A stretch of DNA of 64,000 nucleotides from an uncultured Gammaproteobacteria bacterium (GTDB lineage: Bacteria > Patescibacteriota > Microgenomatia > UBA10105 > UBA927). Each line of letters begins with the position of its first letter. Position 1 is the first letter of the stretch. Positions 1 to 9,249 of the stretch are shown here, in pieces. The notes beneath the pieces are model-generated. The model worked only from the letters and a program-made list of their open reading frames with translations, was not told the origin of the DNA and made no database searches. Made by a program: the position numbers and the translations under genes. The stretch is from positions 84,373 to 148,372 of the forward strand of contig CAZSTG010000002.1 in NCBI GenBank assembly GCA_964609895.1. The letters are read 5' to 3'.

Positions 1-785
1 TAACAATTGTTTTTACCGTAATTGGACTGTTTGTAGTTATCGCGATGCTGTACCCACCCAATTGGAAAGTTTTTGGTCCGACAAAAATCGGTGGAGTCTT
101 CCGTTTTGGAAGATTCGTCCGACTGCTTGGACCGGGAATTCACCACATTTGGCTGTGGGAGTCGGCAAAAATAGACGACACGCGACAGATACAAGTACAA
201 ATACCGTCAACGGATATGTCAGTCATCGGTACACAGAATATGACGTTTAATCTGGATACTCAGGTTTTTTGCCATATTACTGATCCGATGAAACGGTATC
301 TCAAATACAACGGTACGTTAACAGATGGCATTGTCACACTTGTCGAGGGTTCGCTCACCATGGCACTCAACCAACTGCGGGTCAACCCATTTGATTCTCC
401 CTCGGGGAAACAACGCATGTATGACCTTAGCAACAAATGGCTAGTCAATGCTGCTGCCGACTGGGGTATTCAAATTGATCGGTATGTGTTTCAAAAGGTG
501 TATCCGCCAAAGCCCGTCTTGGAAAAGACAGCTGTTATCATGAGAGCAGAAGGCGAAGCCAAAGCATTGCTGGTAAAAACAGCGGCTGAAAATACCGCAT
601 ATCAACAGAAAAAAGCAATGCAAGGCAAGGATTTTCTGCCGCTTCAGACATTGCAAACGCTGCATGACACTGTTGCCGACGGCGCTGTTGCTGGCGGATT
701 AAAAACAGTTGTGATCGGGGATGATTCATCAAAAGCCCTGACGCAGTTACTCAATCAAGGAGACACACATGAAAAACCGGATTGA
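1..785 (+). CDS. SPFH/band-7 (stomatin/prohibitin-like) domain protein, 5' partial
   Basis: ORF 45..785. The frame is open from nt 3 and encodes a hydrophobic helix (TIVFTVIGLFVVIA) before the first Met, so the gene starts upstream of the window. SPFH-like core followed by an Ala/Lys/Gln-rich coiled-coil tail (AEGEAKALLVKTAAENTAYQQKKA). Confidence 0.6.
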   Translation, partial: TIVFTVIGLFVVIAMLYPPNWKVFGPTKIGGVFRFGRFVRLLGPGIHHIWLWESAKIDDTRQIQVQIPSTDMSVIGTQNMTFNLDTQVFCHITDPMKRYLKYNGTLTDGIVTLVEGSLTMALNQLRVNPFDSPSGKQRMYDLSNKWLVNAAADWGIQIDRYVFQKVYPPKPVLEKTAVIMRAEGEAKALLVKTAAENTAYQQKKAMQGKDFLPLQTLQTLHDTVADGAVAGGLKTVVIGDDSSKALTQLLNQGDTHEKPD

Positions 786-1275
786 AAATGCGATCATATT
801 ATGGATTCGTCAGTCGGGCGAATTCATAAAAGGCTTGGTGAAATATTGGTGGGGAGCCTTATTCATCGTGATTTTTAGTTTAATCACGTTCGTCTACGGT
901 GCTCCTCCGATATTCCCAAAACTTTCCAGTACTACCTATACCCACGGGATTTTAACCTGCGCCATGGTTGCCTGGTGTTTTGGGTTCTGGACGTTCGTTA
1001 TGACGAAAAAGGAATATGAAATTTCCCAAGATCGTCAGCAATCGCCTGTCAAGAAAACGGGAAACAGGAATTGGGTTTCGGTAAGTTTCGGCCTTATCGC
1101 AGTGCTTGTTTTCTGGTTGCTTGGAACCCCGCGATTGGCGCTTATCATCATCGGCGTTTTGCAGTTTTTTGCTTTCGGGATCGGATATAAATATCCACAG
1201 CAGGCAGAATACCTGCTTCCGAGACTGTGCAATACCGCTTTGGTTTTTTTGTCCGTATGGATTCTAGCGGCGTAA
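769..1275 (+). CDS. small polytopic membrane protein, possible SPFH partner
   Basis: 168-aa ORF with 4 predicted TM helices that overlaps the SPFH gene by 17 nt. SPFH genes are commonly paired with NfeD-like membrane proteins (established knowledge), but no OB domain is visible here. Confidence 0.45.
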   Translation: MKNRIENAIILWIRQSGEFIKGLVKYWWGALFIVIFSLITFVYGAPPIFPKLSSTTYTHGILTCAMVAWCFGFWTFVMTKKEYEISQDRQQSPVKKTGNRNWVSVSFGLIAVLVFWLLGTPRLALIIIGVLQFFAFGIGYKYPQQAEYLLPRLCNTALVFLSVWILAA

Positions 1276-1534
1276 TTTCTTCATTCACAACCTGTATCAA
1301 AAACAGGATGCCTGAAAGGTCAAAAAGTCATTGATTGTCTGTAGAGACGGTCACGATTTTTCTTTCTAGGTTCGAGCCGGTATGGTGAAATTTGCTTGAC
1401 CATTTTTTGGTCTTCTTATTTCACCGTACCTGCTCTTTTTCCTTTTCACAAATGAGTTTCATTTGTGAGCAGAGAAGAGAGTATTTTACAAGGTGTAAAA
1501 ACGTAATTTCACGAGGGTCTGACCCTGTAAACAT

Positions 1535-2335
1535 ATGAATCTGGAACGCGGTAGTTTCAATGTTAAAAATCATATCAACTATGCTCCGGTGAAAATAATC
1601 CCTGAAGGTTGGGGGAATGTATTTGTTCAGTACGAACCAAACAACTGGCAGCGTACAACGCCGGTTATTGATCCAGCAGAGCCCGATCATAAAGCACAGG
1701 GAACAATCTCTCTGCAGATTGGGAAAGAAAAACCAACAACTATTCCGAATGGAGAAGTAACCGTTCCTGACGGGGCGACTGTTACCTGTACTTATTTTAC
1801 GAAAAACAATCCAACGGGCATGCAGCCGATTACTATAGAAGTATATAAGAATGGCTCCTCTCCCACTGTTTTTAATCCAAACGATGCCGATGAAAAGAAA
1901 TTTCTCCTTGCGAGCCAGTCTGCGTTTACCGGTGAGGAATTTCCCAATCAACTCGAACCGAAAATGAAAGTGTGGGAAGAGAAAAACCCAACGTATATCA
2001 CACAATCTCAGGTGGAGGAAATTCTGGGATTTCGCGTTGACATATTGATCAAAAAAGGATTTATTCATCCTCGCTATAGTGATCACAAAGGTACGATTAA
2101 GGAATTTACCACGCACGACGTCTTACGTGCATTTCTTGTCCATGCTGTCAAAGAAGAAAATCATCTTGTGTTTTGGAGTCAGGTTCGCTCTTCAACCGTG
2201 ACGCCATTTACCAAACAGAATGTCCAATATATGAAAGAACAATCCGAATGGAATAATTTGGTAAAACGCGGAAAATCATTTGGCGTGGATGTAGAGCAGT
2301 ATGTCGATAGTCTTTTGAAGAACATAGATCATTAA
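1535..2335 (+). CDS. hypothetical protein
   Basis: 266-aa ORF with protein-like composition. The opposing ORF 1421..2116 has aberrant composition. Preceded by a GGGTCTGACCC palindrome at 1511-1527. Confidence 0.5.
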   Translation: MNLERGSFNVKNHINYAPVKIIPEGWGNVFVQYEPNNWQRTTPVIDPAEPDHKAQGTISLQIGKEKPTTIPNGEVTVPDGATVTCTYFTKNNPTGMQPITIEVYKNGSSPTVFNPNDADEKKFLLASQSAFTGEEFPNQLEPKMKVWEEKNPTYITQSQVEEILGFRVDILIKKGFIHPRYSDHKGTIKEFTTHDVLRAFLVHAVKEENHLVFWSQVRSSTVTPFTKQNVQYMKEQSEWNNLVKRGKSFGVDVEQYVDSLLKNIDH

Positions 2336-2392
2336 TATATTTGTATGTGAGCATATTGTTTGCTCTGATCATTTTGTGTGTATTCTCTAGCG

Positions 2393-2443
2393 AGGGTCAG
2401 ACCCTCGAAAAAATAGCTTCAGGAGAGGGTCAGACCCTCTCCT
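2393..2443. repeat. two tandem copies of GC-rich palindrome GAGGGTCAGACCCTC (second copy extended to GGAGAGGGTCAGACCCTCTCC)
   Basis: Perfect 15-nt and 21-nt palindromes read directly at 2393-2407 and 2423-2443, upstream of mreB. Related copies at 1511-1527, 52014-52034 and 55125-55143. Confidence 0.8.
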
Positions 2444-2487
2444 TGCATAGTTGGTTTTGATTGTTTTGTGATAGAATGCAAGTTGCC

Positions 2488-3543
2488 ATGTTTGACTTCT
2501 TTTTTGGATTACTTTCACATGATCTTGGTATCGACCTCGGTACTGCAAATACGCTCGTGTATGTCAAAGGAAAAGGTATTCTTATTCGTGAACCGTCGGT
2601 TGTTGCTAGACAAAAACGTTCCAAGCAGGTGGTTGCCATCGGTAAAGAAGCCAAAAAAATGCTCGGGAAAACTCCCGGAACAATTGATGCGATACGTCCG
2701 TTGAAAGATGGGGTGATTGCGGATTTTGACGCGACAGCTGCAATGCTGAAGTATTATATCGGCATTGTCCATGAACATCCGAAAACCAGATTATTACCGA
2801 ACATTCCCCGCCCCAAAGTGGTGATTGGTATTCCTTCGGGAGTGACGGAAGTAGAACGCAGGGCCGTGCAGGAAGCAGCCTTGATGGCAGGTGCGCGTGA
2901 AGCGTATCTCATTGAAGAGCCGATGGCTGCGGCGATCGGTTCAAAATTGCCGATTCAGGATTCAGCCGGAAGTTTCATTTGCGATATCGGCGGCGGTACA
3001 ACGGAAATTGCCGTGCTGTCTTTGGGCGGTATTGTCGTGAACCGGAGTATCAGAACTGCAGGAGATGAAATGGATGAGGCAATTCAGACATTCGTCCGTG
3101 TGAAATACGGTATGCTGATCGGTGATCAGACGGCCGAAGCGGTAAAAATTGCCGTCGGCAGCGCATATCCTGTCGGCAAGAGTGACCGGCAGACAGTGGT
3201 GCGCGGTCGCGATATTGAAACAGGATTGCCGCGTTCGATCCGTATTAGCGAATCGGAAGTCAGAGAGGCACTCGCACCGGTGATTCAGGAAATCGTTGAA
3301 GCAATCAGTGAAACTATGGAAGAAACGCCGCCTGAGTTGGTCGGTGACATTCTCGAACACGGCATTGTCATTGCAGGAGGCGGATCACTGATCCGTGGAA
3401 TAGACAAGCTTATCGCCACGGAAACCAAAATGCCTGTATGGATCACGGAAGATCCGCAAACCGCCGTTGTCCGCGGGTGTGGTATATTACTTGATGATGC
3501 GGCACTTTTATCTCATGTAAAAGTTGCACAAAAAAAAGTGTAA
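2488..3543 (+). CDS. mreB: rod shape-determining protein MreB
   Basis: MFDFFFG..DLGIDLGTANTLVYV.., DIGGGTTEIAV and GGGSLIRGID are actin-fold MreB motifs. ORF 2461..3543; start chosen at Met 10 to match the canonical N-terminus. Confidence 0.9.
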   Translation: MFDFFFGLLSHDLGIDLGTANTLVYVKGKGILIREPSVVARQKRSKQVVAIGKEAKKMLGKTPGTIDAIRPLKDGVIADFDATAAMLKYYIGIVHEHPKTRLLPNIPRPKVVIGIPSGVTEVERRAVQEAALMAGAREAYLIEEPMAAAIGSKLPIQDSAGSFICDIGGGTTEIAVLSLGGIVVNRSIRTAGDEMDEAIQTFVRVKYGMLIGDQTAEAVKIAVGSAYPVGKSDRQTVVRGRDIETGLPRSIRISESEVREALAPVIQEIVEAISETMEETPPELVGDILEHGIVIAGGGSLIRGIDKLIATETKMPVWITEDPQTAVVRGCGILLDDAALLSHVKVAQKKV

Positions 3544-3568
3544 TGCGATCGAGTATTATTTCATCCGT

Positions 3569-4147
3569 ATGTCATTTGCCTTAGGTATTTCTCGCGTTTT
3601 TGAACCTCTCGTATTATTTGTGTTTATCCTTGTGATGGTCTTTGTGCGGGCTCATGTACCTATTAATACTGCATTGTGGCAGGCAAGTATTATTCTGTTT
3701 GTGATGATTGTGCCGCCGATTGTTTTGCTTCTCCGCGCGCTGAAAAAAAAGAAAATTTCCAATTGGGATATGAGCGACCGCGAACAGCGCGTGGGTGCGT
3801 TTGCCGTATTTCTCGGTATTTTTGCTTTCGGAGTTTTGTTGCTTTCTTTATTCCGCGTTCCAATCATTACTCATTTTTTCCTGTACATGTTTGGTGTATT
3901 TCTGCTCTTTTTTGCCGTGACGCTTGTCTATAAAATGTCGGGACATCTGACGGGAGCGGCCATTTGGGTAGTGTGCGTTTCTTCGTGGTTTGGTGGGTGG
4001 ACGAATCTTCTTATTTTGATATTGCCGCTGTTATGTTGGTCACGTGTGACGCTGAAGCGGCATACAGTGGGACAGGTACTCCTTGGAATGGTATTTGGAT
4101 TGATTGTCGGGTATGTCGGCGTTCAATTCGGATATATTCCACACTAA
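3569..4147 (+). CDS. polytopic membrane protein (weak PAP2-like motifs; sits where mreC/mreD would be expected)
   Basis: ORF 3524..4147 with 5-6 TM helices. KMSGHLTG and SRVTLKRHTVGQ loosely resemble PAP2 motifs but lack the final Asp. Start is uncertain (Met at 3524 or 3569). Confidence 0.4.
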   Translation: MSFALGISRVFEPLVLFVFILVMVFVRAHVPINTALWQASIILFVMIVPPIVLLLRALKKKKISNWDMSDREQRVGAFAVFLGIFAFGVLLLSLFRVPIITHFFLYMFGVFLLFFAVTLVYKMSGHLTGAAIWVVCVSSWFGGWTNLLILILPLLCWSRVTLKRHTVGQVLLGMVFGLIVGYVGVQFGYIPH

Positions 4148-4153
4148 AACTGT

Positions 4154-5995
4154 ATGAAACTTGGGGAGGCATTTTCAGAAAACGTGACCGGCGGCGGAAT
4201 ACGGGACAAGCGGTTGTTCCGGAATGCCACAGATTCATGGTGGAGCGGTTCAGGACGATTTTTATTATTTGTCTCATTGCTGTATCTTTCTTTGTTTGCC
4301 CTCCTTTGGCGGTTGTTTGATCTTACTGTGGTGCAGGGACACCAATACCGGAATCTTGCGGATGGAAACAGGACACGGGCATTGATTCGCCATGCTCCGC
4401 GCGGTCTATTGCTTGACCGAACCGGAAAGCCACTCGTTGCCAATATTCCTGAATACCGGTTGATCCGTCCGTGTGAGGGAGAGCATGCGACAGAGGAATG
4501 CACCACACGCATTTCAGAGGAAGAAGGGAACAGACTGCAAACAACAGGACTTCCACTTGGGAGTTTTCTGGAAGTCGATTATAAACGGGTGTATCTGTAT
4601 CCGGAGGCAACTGCCCACATACTCGGGTATATCAATGAATTGACCGAGGAGGAAGTGCATGATGATTATTATGCACTCAGGGGTTACGGTTCTGGCGACA
4701 GGCTCGGAAGAACGGGAGCAGAAGAAGTGTTTGAGGAGCGGCTTCGCGGAAAAAATGGAAAAGAGTTGGTCGAGGTTGATTCGACAGGGAAAATCCTACG
4801 GGTGCTTGGATCCGACCCTGCAATTGCCGGAGAAAATATCACACTGTCTATTGATATCGGTCTTTCTCTTGCTGCGCAGACAGCGTTTCCAACCGATGCA
4901 AAAGGCGCAGTGGTTGTGTCAAAACCTGCAACAGGGGAAATCTTGGCGCTGTATTCCAGTCCTTCCTATAACCCGAATTTGTTTACTTCCGGCATGTCTG
5001 CTGAAGAGTACACGCAACTGGTAAACAATCCGGATTTGCCGTTGTTTAACCGTTCCATCGGCGGTGTGTACCCCCCCGGTTCAACGTTTAAAATTGTAAC
5101 GGCCATAGCAGCGCTGGAAGAAAAAGCGATTGACAAGGACACCACTGTTGAAGATACAGGTGTGATATCCATCGGTCCGTACCAGTTTCCGAACTGGTAT
5201 TTTCTTGAATACGGAAAAACGGATGGCTTGGTAAATGTTGCTAAAGCACTCCAAAGGTCAAACGATATCTTTTTTTACAAGGCGGGGGAATGGTTGGGTA
5301 TTTCCAAACTTGCAGAGTGGGCACAAAAGATTGGTATCGGGAAACCACTCGGCATTGAATTGTTTGGTGAAGCGGGCGGATTGATGCCTGATCCAGAATG
5401 GAAAAACACGCAGTTCCAAACACCGGAAGATTTGGAGTTGCGGAATAATGAATGGTATCTGGGAGACACGTACCATGTTTCCATCGGACAGGGATATCTG
5501 CTGACAACGCCTTTACAGGTCAATACATGGACTAGTGTGATTGCAAACAACGGCAATTTCTGTAAACCCACCATCAAAAAAGTGACGGACAACCGGTTTT
5601 CGGGTGCCTCCTGTAAAACACTCCATATTGATAAACGTACCATCGAAACAATTACAACCGGTATGGACGAAGCATGTACAACAGGCGGAACCGGTTGGCC
5701 GCTGTTTGATTTTCATGTGACCGCATCCGGTTCAGCAGAAGCCACGTTTATTCCTGTTGCATGCAAAACAGGAACGGCTGAGTTTGGTGATGCGGCCACA
5801 AAACCTCATGCGTGGTTTACCGCATTTGCGCCGATTCCTGAACACTACAACAAAGGAGTGATTGATGTCGGTAAAAAAGTTATTTCCGGTGATCCTGAAC
5901 TTGCCATATCCGTTTTAATTGAAGGCGCGGGACAAGGAAGTGATCAGGCATCGCCTATCGCTAAAAAAATATTTGAAGCGTGGTTTTTACGGTAA
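4154..5995 (+). CDS. mrdA: penicillin-binding protein 2 (peptidoglycan D,D-transpeptidase)
   Basis: N-terminal TM followed by LTVVQGHQYRNLADGNRTR..LLDRTGKPLVAN. Transpeptidase motifs STFK (SxxK) and KTGT are present. Confidence 0.9.
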   Translation: MKLGEAFSENVTGGGIRDKRLFRNATDSWWSGSGRFLLFVSLLYLSLFALLWRLFDLTVVQGHQYRNLADGNRTRALIRHAPRGLLLDRTGKPLVANIPEYRLIRPCEGEHATEECTTRISEEEGNRLQTTGLPLGSFLEVDYKRVYLYPEATAHILGYINELTEEEVHDDYYALRGYGSGDRLGRTGAEEVFEERLRGKNGKELVEVDSTGKILRVLGSDPAIAGENITLSIDIGLSLAAQTAFPTDAKGAVVVSKPATGEILALYSSPSYNPNLFTSGMSAEEYTQLVNNPDLPLFNRSIGGVYPPGSTFKIVTAIAALEEKAIDKDTTVEDTGVISIGPYQFPNWYFLEYGKTDGLVNVAKALQRSNDIFFYKAGEWLGISKLAEWAQKIGIGKPLGIELFGEAGGLMPDPEWKNTQFQTPEDLELRNNEWYLGDTYHVSIGQGYLLTTPLQVNTWTSVIANNGNFCKPTIKKVTDNRFSGASCKTLHIDKRTIETITTGMDEACTTGGTGWPLFDFHVTASGSAEATFIPVACKTGTAEFGDAATKPHAWFTAFAPIPEHYNKGVIDVGKKVISGDPELAISVLIEGAGQGSDQASPIAKKIFEAWFLR

Positions 5996-6007
5996 CATCA
6001 TAGAGTT

Positions 6008-7282
6008 ATGACACATCAGCACATCGTTATTTTAGGGGCAGGCCCGTGCGGACTCGGTGCTGCTTGGCAGCTGCAAAAACGGGGAGTGACGTCGTTTCAT
6101 GTGTATGAGGCGGAACATCATGTCGGCGGCTTGTCTTCCTCGATAACGGACAAGAAGGGTTTTACGTGGGATATCGGCGGTCATGTTTTTCACGCGCATG
6201 ATATACGTATGCAACATGTGTTTGCGGAACTTCTTGGTAACAAGTATATTTCCTATACAAGAAATGCGCGTGTACTTATCGGTAATCAGATGATTCCGTA
6301 CCCGTTTCAATATAGTATCCCGTTTCTTCCTGAAAAGATAAGAGATGCATGTTTGGCCGGCTTGAAACAGACAAAAACAAAAGGAGTACCTGTTTCATTT
6401 GCAGATTGGATTTTGCAAAATTTCGGCAGCGGTATGGCAAAATATTTTTTCTTTCCGTACAACAAAAAAATGTGGCGATATCCTATTACCCGCATGCAGT
6501 GGCAATGGATTGACGAACGCATTGCAACCGCGCATGAGAAACATAAAGGAACTGCATGGGGGAGGAATGCACATTTTTCTGTTCCTTCAACCGGAGGTAT
6601 CGGTTCACTGTGGACTGCAATGGGGAAAGCATTGAAACACCATATCACCACCGGAAAACGTGTAGTAGCAATTGATGCAAGACAACATATCGTGACGTTT
6701 CAGGACGGATCAAAAGTGCGATATGATCATTTGCTTTCGACGATATCGCTCAAAGCACTTGTTGCTATGATAGACAGTCCGTTGCCTTCCGTCTCCCGTT
6801 TGCGGTCCTGTGGCGTCTACGTGGTGGGCATTGGCATACGGGGAAGTGTGCCAGAACAGTATAAAGATTTGCATTGGATGTATGTGCCGTCTTCTCGCGT
6901 GTCGTTTTTCCGCGTGAGCGTGTATTCCAATTATGGACAGCATAACGCACCTGATGGGACATGGTCATTGTTATTTGAAGTATCCTATGATGGAAAAAAG
7001 AAGCTGGATAAAGCCGCATGTATTCAGGAGGTGCTTCGCGCAGCAAAACGCATCCGCTGTATTCCTGATACTGTAGCAATTGTTGACACATTTTTTACTG
7101 CCGCGCCCGTTGCCTATCCGATTCCCACTATCGGACGGGATGCAGTTCTTGCAGCTATTTTGCCCAAACTTGAACAGCACAACATCAGTTCATTGGGTCG
7201 GTTTGGTTCGTGGAAATATGAAAAAGGAAATATGGATCACGCGTGTATGAGCGGCATGGAGTGGGCGAATGCTCACAGTTGA
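6008..7282 (+). CDS. FAD-dependent oxidoreductase, UDP-galactopyranose mutase / amine-oxidase-like
   Basis: N-terminal ILGAGPCGLGAA (GxGxxG FAD fold). GGHVFH and FFPYNKKMWRYP resemble UGM GAHIFH and YTEKQWG. Converges with the GT2 gene. Confidence 0.55.
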   Translation: MTHQHIVILGAGPCGLGAAWQLQKRGVTSFHVYEAEHHVGGLSSSITDKKGFTWDIGGHVFHAHDIRMQHVFAELLGNKYISYTRNARVLIGNQMIPYPFQYSIPFLPEKIRDACLAGLKQTKTKGVPVSFADWILQNFGSGMAKYFFFPYNKKMWRYPITRMQWQWIDERIATAHEKHKGTAWGRNAHFSVPSTGGIGSLWTAMGKALKHHITTGKRVVAIDARQHIVTFQDGSKVRYDHLLSTISLKALVAMIDSPLPSVSRLRSCGVYVVGIGIRGSVPEQYKDLHWMYVPSSRVSFFRVSVYSNYGQHNAPDGTWSLLFEVSYDGKKKLDKAACIQEVLRAAKRIRCIPDTVAIVDTFFTAAPVAYPIPTIGRDAVLAAILPKLEQHNISSLGRFGSWKYEKGNMDHACMSGMEWANAHS

Positions 7283-8067
7283 TGCCGTTTCCTCCACATT
7301 GCAACTGCCGAGCGGATCGGTAGAAGAATAAAACTGTCCAGTGCAAATTGCAGTTTTTTTCCTGTCGGGCCGATGCTTTTTTCCCTATAGTGGATGATGG
7401 AACAATTGCGCAGGAAGAAAACCTTCCATTTTTTTGCTTTGACGCGCCTGAACAAATACTCTTCTTCACCGTAGAGAAAACAGTCCGGATTAAACCACTG
7501 CTTTGTCGGAAGGAGCATACTTCTTGCCAGAATACATCCGGCATTTAATATTGTTGTCCTGTGCGGGTACGGAAAAAGAACTGTGGTTGTTCCCGTGAGG
7601 AAGGCTATTATCTTTTCGATAACATATTCACACAGTCCCAGCACAGACGTCCTGCTTTTCATGAGAATGAGTTTTCCCTCGGCATTGTATTGTTCTGGTC
7701 CGACGACACCGGTATCCGGATGTGTGTCAAGAAAATCCGTCATTGTCCGTACTGCCTGTTCATTCACCTTTGTGTCCGGATTCAACAGCCAGATGTATGT
7801 TCCCCTTGCTTTTTTTAGTCCGATATTGTTTCCCTGCCCGAATCCCCAGTTGGTTTTCTGCGGCAATAGCGTTACCCAAGGATGGTGTTTCCTGACGACA
7901 GAAACCGTCGCGTCGGAAGACACGTTATCTACAACAAACACCTCATGTGTGTATTGTCGCAATGCGGTTTTTAGTGCATGAAGACAGGGATCAATGTCGG
8001 CTTCGGAATTCCAAGTGACAATAATGACGGAAAGATACGGGCGTTGCCGTTTTCTGCAAGACATCAT
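7273..8067 (-). CDS. family 2 glycosyltransferase
   Basis: ORF 7273..8211(-). LSVIIVTWNS, VVDNVSSD, LNPDTK and CFLYGEEEYL are GT2 signatures. Start chosen at MMSCRK (8067) because the upstream 48 codons are atypical. Confidence 0.75.
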   Translation of the reverse strand: MMSCRKRQRPYLSVIIVTWNSEADIDPCLHALKTALRQYTHEVFVVDNVSSDATVSVVRKHHPWVTLLPQKTNWGFGQGNNIGLKKARGTYIWLLNPDTKVNEQAVRTMTDFLDTHPDTGVVGPEQYNAEGKLILMKSRTSVLGLCEYVIEKIIAFLTGTTTVLFPYPHRTTILNAGCILARSMLLPTKQWFNPDCFLYGEEEYLFRRVKAKKWKVFFLRNCSIIHYREKSIGPTGKKLQFALDSFILLPIRSAVAMWRKRHQL

Positions 8068-8142
8068 AGTACGTGCGTAGTATATAGAATCCGGAAGAGA
8101 GAGTAAAACTATACGGGAATATGATAGTGTAAGAAGTGAGTC

Positions 8143-9249
8143 ATGGATGAGGAAAGTCGGTACTTCATCGGGTTCAGTGTATTCCCCGGCATCGGACCGG
8201 TGCGTTTTCAACTTTTACTTTCGTATTTTGGCAGCGCGGCTGCCGCGTGGCATGCTTCGGAACATGATTTGGCATCCGTTCATTTGCCGTCACCCCTCGT
8301 TATGTCATTTTCCGCTTTTCGAAAAACGTTTTCCATTGATGCATATATCCACTCGCTCCATACGAATCACGTCATTGCTCTTACCAATATCCATCCACAT
8401 TATCCGAAACTGCTGAAAGAAATTTCTGATGCGCCGTTTGTGCTGTACGTCAGAGGGAAATCCACTCCACCTGTTGACATGGAACACACCATTGCAATTG
8501 TGGGGACGCGGCGGGCGACATCCTATGGGAGAGATGTCACAAAGACCTTGGTAGTAGATTTTGTTGCAGCCGGTTGCACCATTGTATCCGGTATGGCCTA
8601 TGGTATTGATGCGGTGGCACATGAAACAGCAATTGCGAACAATGGAAAAACAATTGCTGTCTTAGGGTGCGGCGTTGATGTGTGTGCACCTGCGGAGAAT
8701 CGCGGCATCTATGATGCAATTACTGCCGGCGGGTTCGGTGCAGCCGTATCTGAAATGCCTTTGGGGCTCAGGCCGAATAAGGGCTTGTTTCCCGCCAGAA
8801 ACAGGATTATCAGCGGACTTTCCCGTGCCGTTGTTGTAGTTGAGGGGGCTGAAGACAGCGGTGCGCTGATTACCGCGCGATATGCGGCGGAACAGGGGCG
8901 CGATGTGTTTGCAGTGCCTGGATCCATCATGAGCCCGATGAGTAGAGCACCGGCAAAACTGATGAAGGACGGTGCGCAGATAATTGAGTCGGCAGGTGAT
9001 GTGCTTTCCAGTTTGGGACTTGCAAACATGCGGCGTTCGGACAACAATAAAAACACGTGTGTTGTTGCAGGAAACGACAATGAGCAAAATATTCTTGCGA
9101 TTCTGAACCGAGAACCGACGCATATTGATGCACTTATTCAGGAGACCGGTTTGACAGCGGGTGTTGTTACTGCTACCATCACCGTTTTAGAATTAGGCGG
9201 ACGTGTGAAAGACCTTGGAGGAAATGTGTATGCCCTTAATCATTGTTGA
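8143..9249 (+). CDS. dprA: DNA processing protein DprA (Smf)
   Basis: IAIVGTRRATSYG..GMAYGIDAVAHETAIANNGKTIAVLGCGVD..VVVEGAEDSGALITARYAAEQGRDVFAVPG is the Rossmann-like DprA core. Overlaps topA by about 20 nt, the conserved smf-topA arrangement. Confidence 0.85.
   Translation: MDEESRYFIGFSVFPGIGPVRFQLLLSYFGSAAAAWHASEHDLASVHLPSPLVMSFSAFRKTFSIDAYIHSLHTNHVIALTNIHPHYPKLLKEISDAPFVLYVRGKSTPPVDMEHTIAIVGTRRATSYGRDVTKTLVVDFVAAGCTIVSGMAYGIDAVAHETAIANNGKTIAVLGCGVDVCAPAENRGIYDAITAGGFGAAVSEMPLGLRPNKGLFPARNRIISGLSRAVVVVEGAEDSGALITARYAAEQGRDVFAVPGSIMSPMSRAPAKLMKDGAQIIESAGDVLSSLGLANMRRSDNNKNTCVVAGNDNEQNILAILNREPTHIDALIQETGLTAGVVTATITVLELGGRVKDLGGNVYALNHC

Noticed and set aside
1421-2116. 231-aa minus-strand ORF overlapping the 1535..2335 plus-strand gene
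   Set aside because: Highly skewed F/R/I-rich composition, antisense to a better-looking ORF, and no RBS. Likely a non-coding shadow frame.
3524-3568. Alternative start of the membrane-protein gene overlapping the mreB 3' end
   Set aside because: Possible, but the Lys-rich N-terminal 15 codons overlap mreB and are unnecessary for the TM protein. The internal Met at 3569 is preferred, with low confidence.
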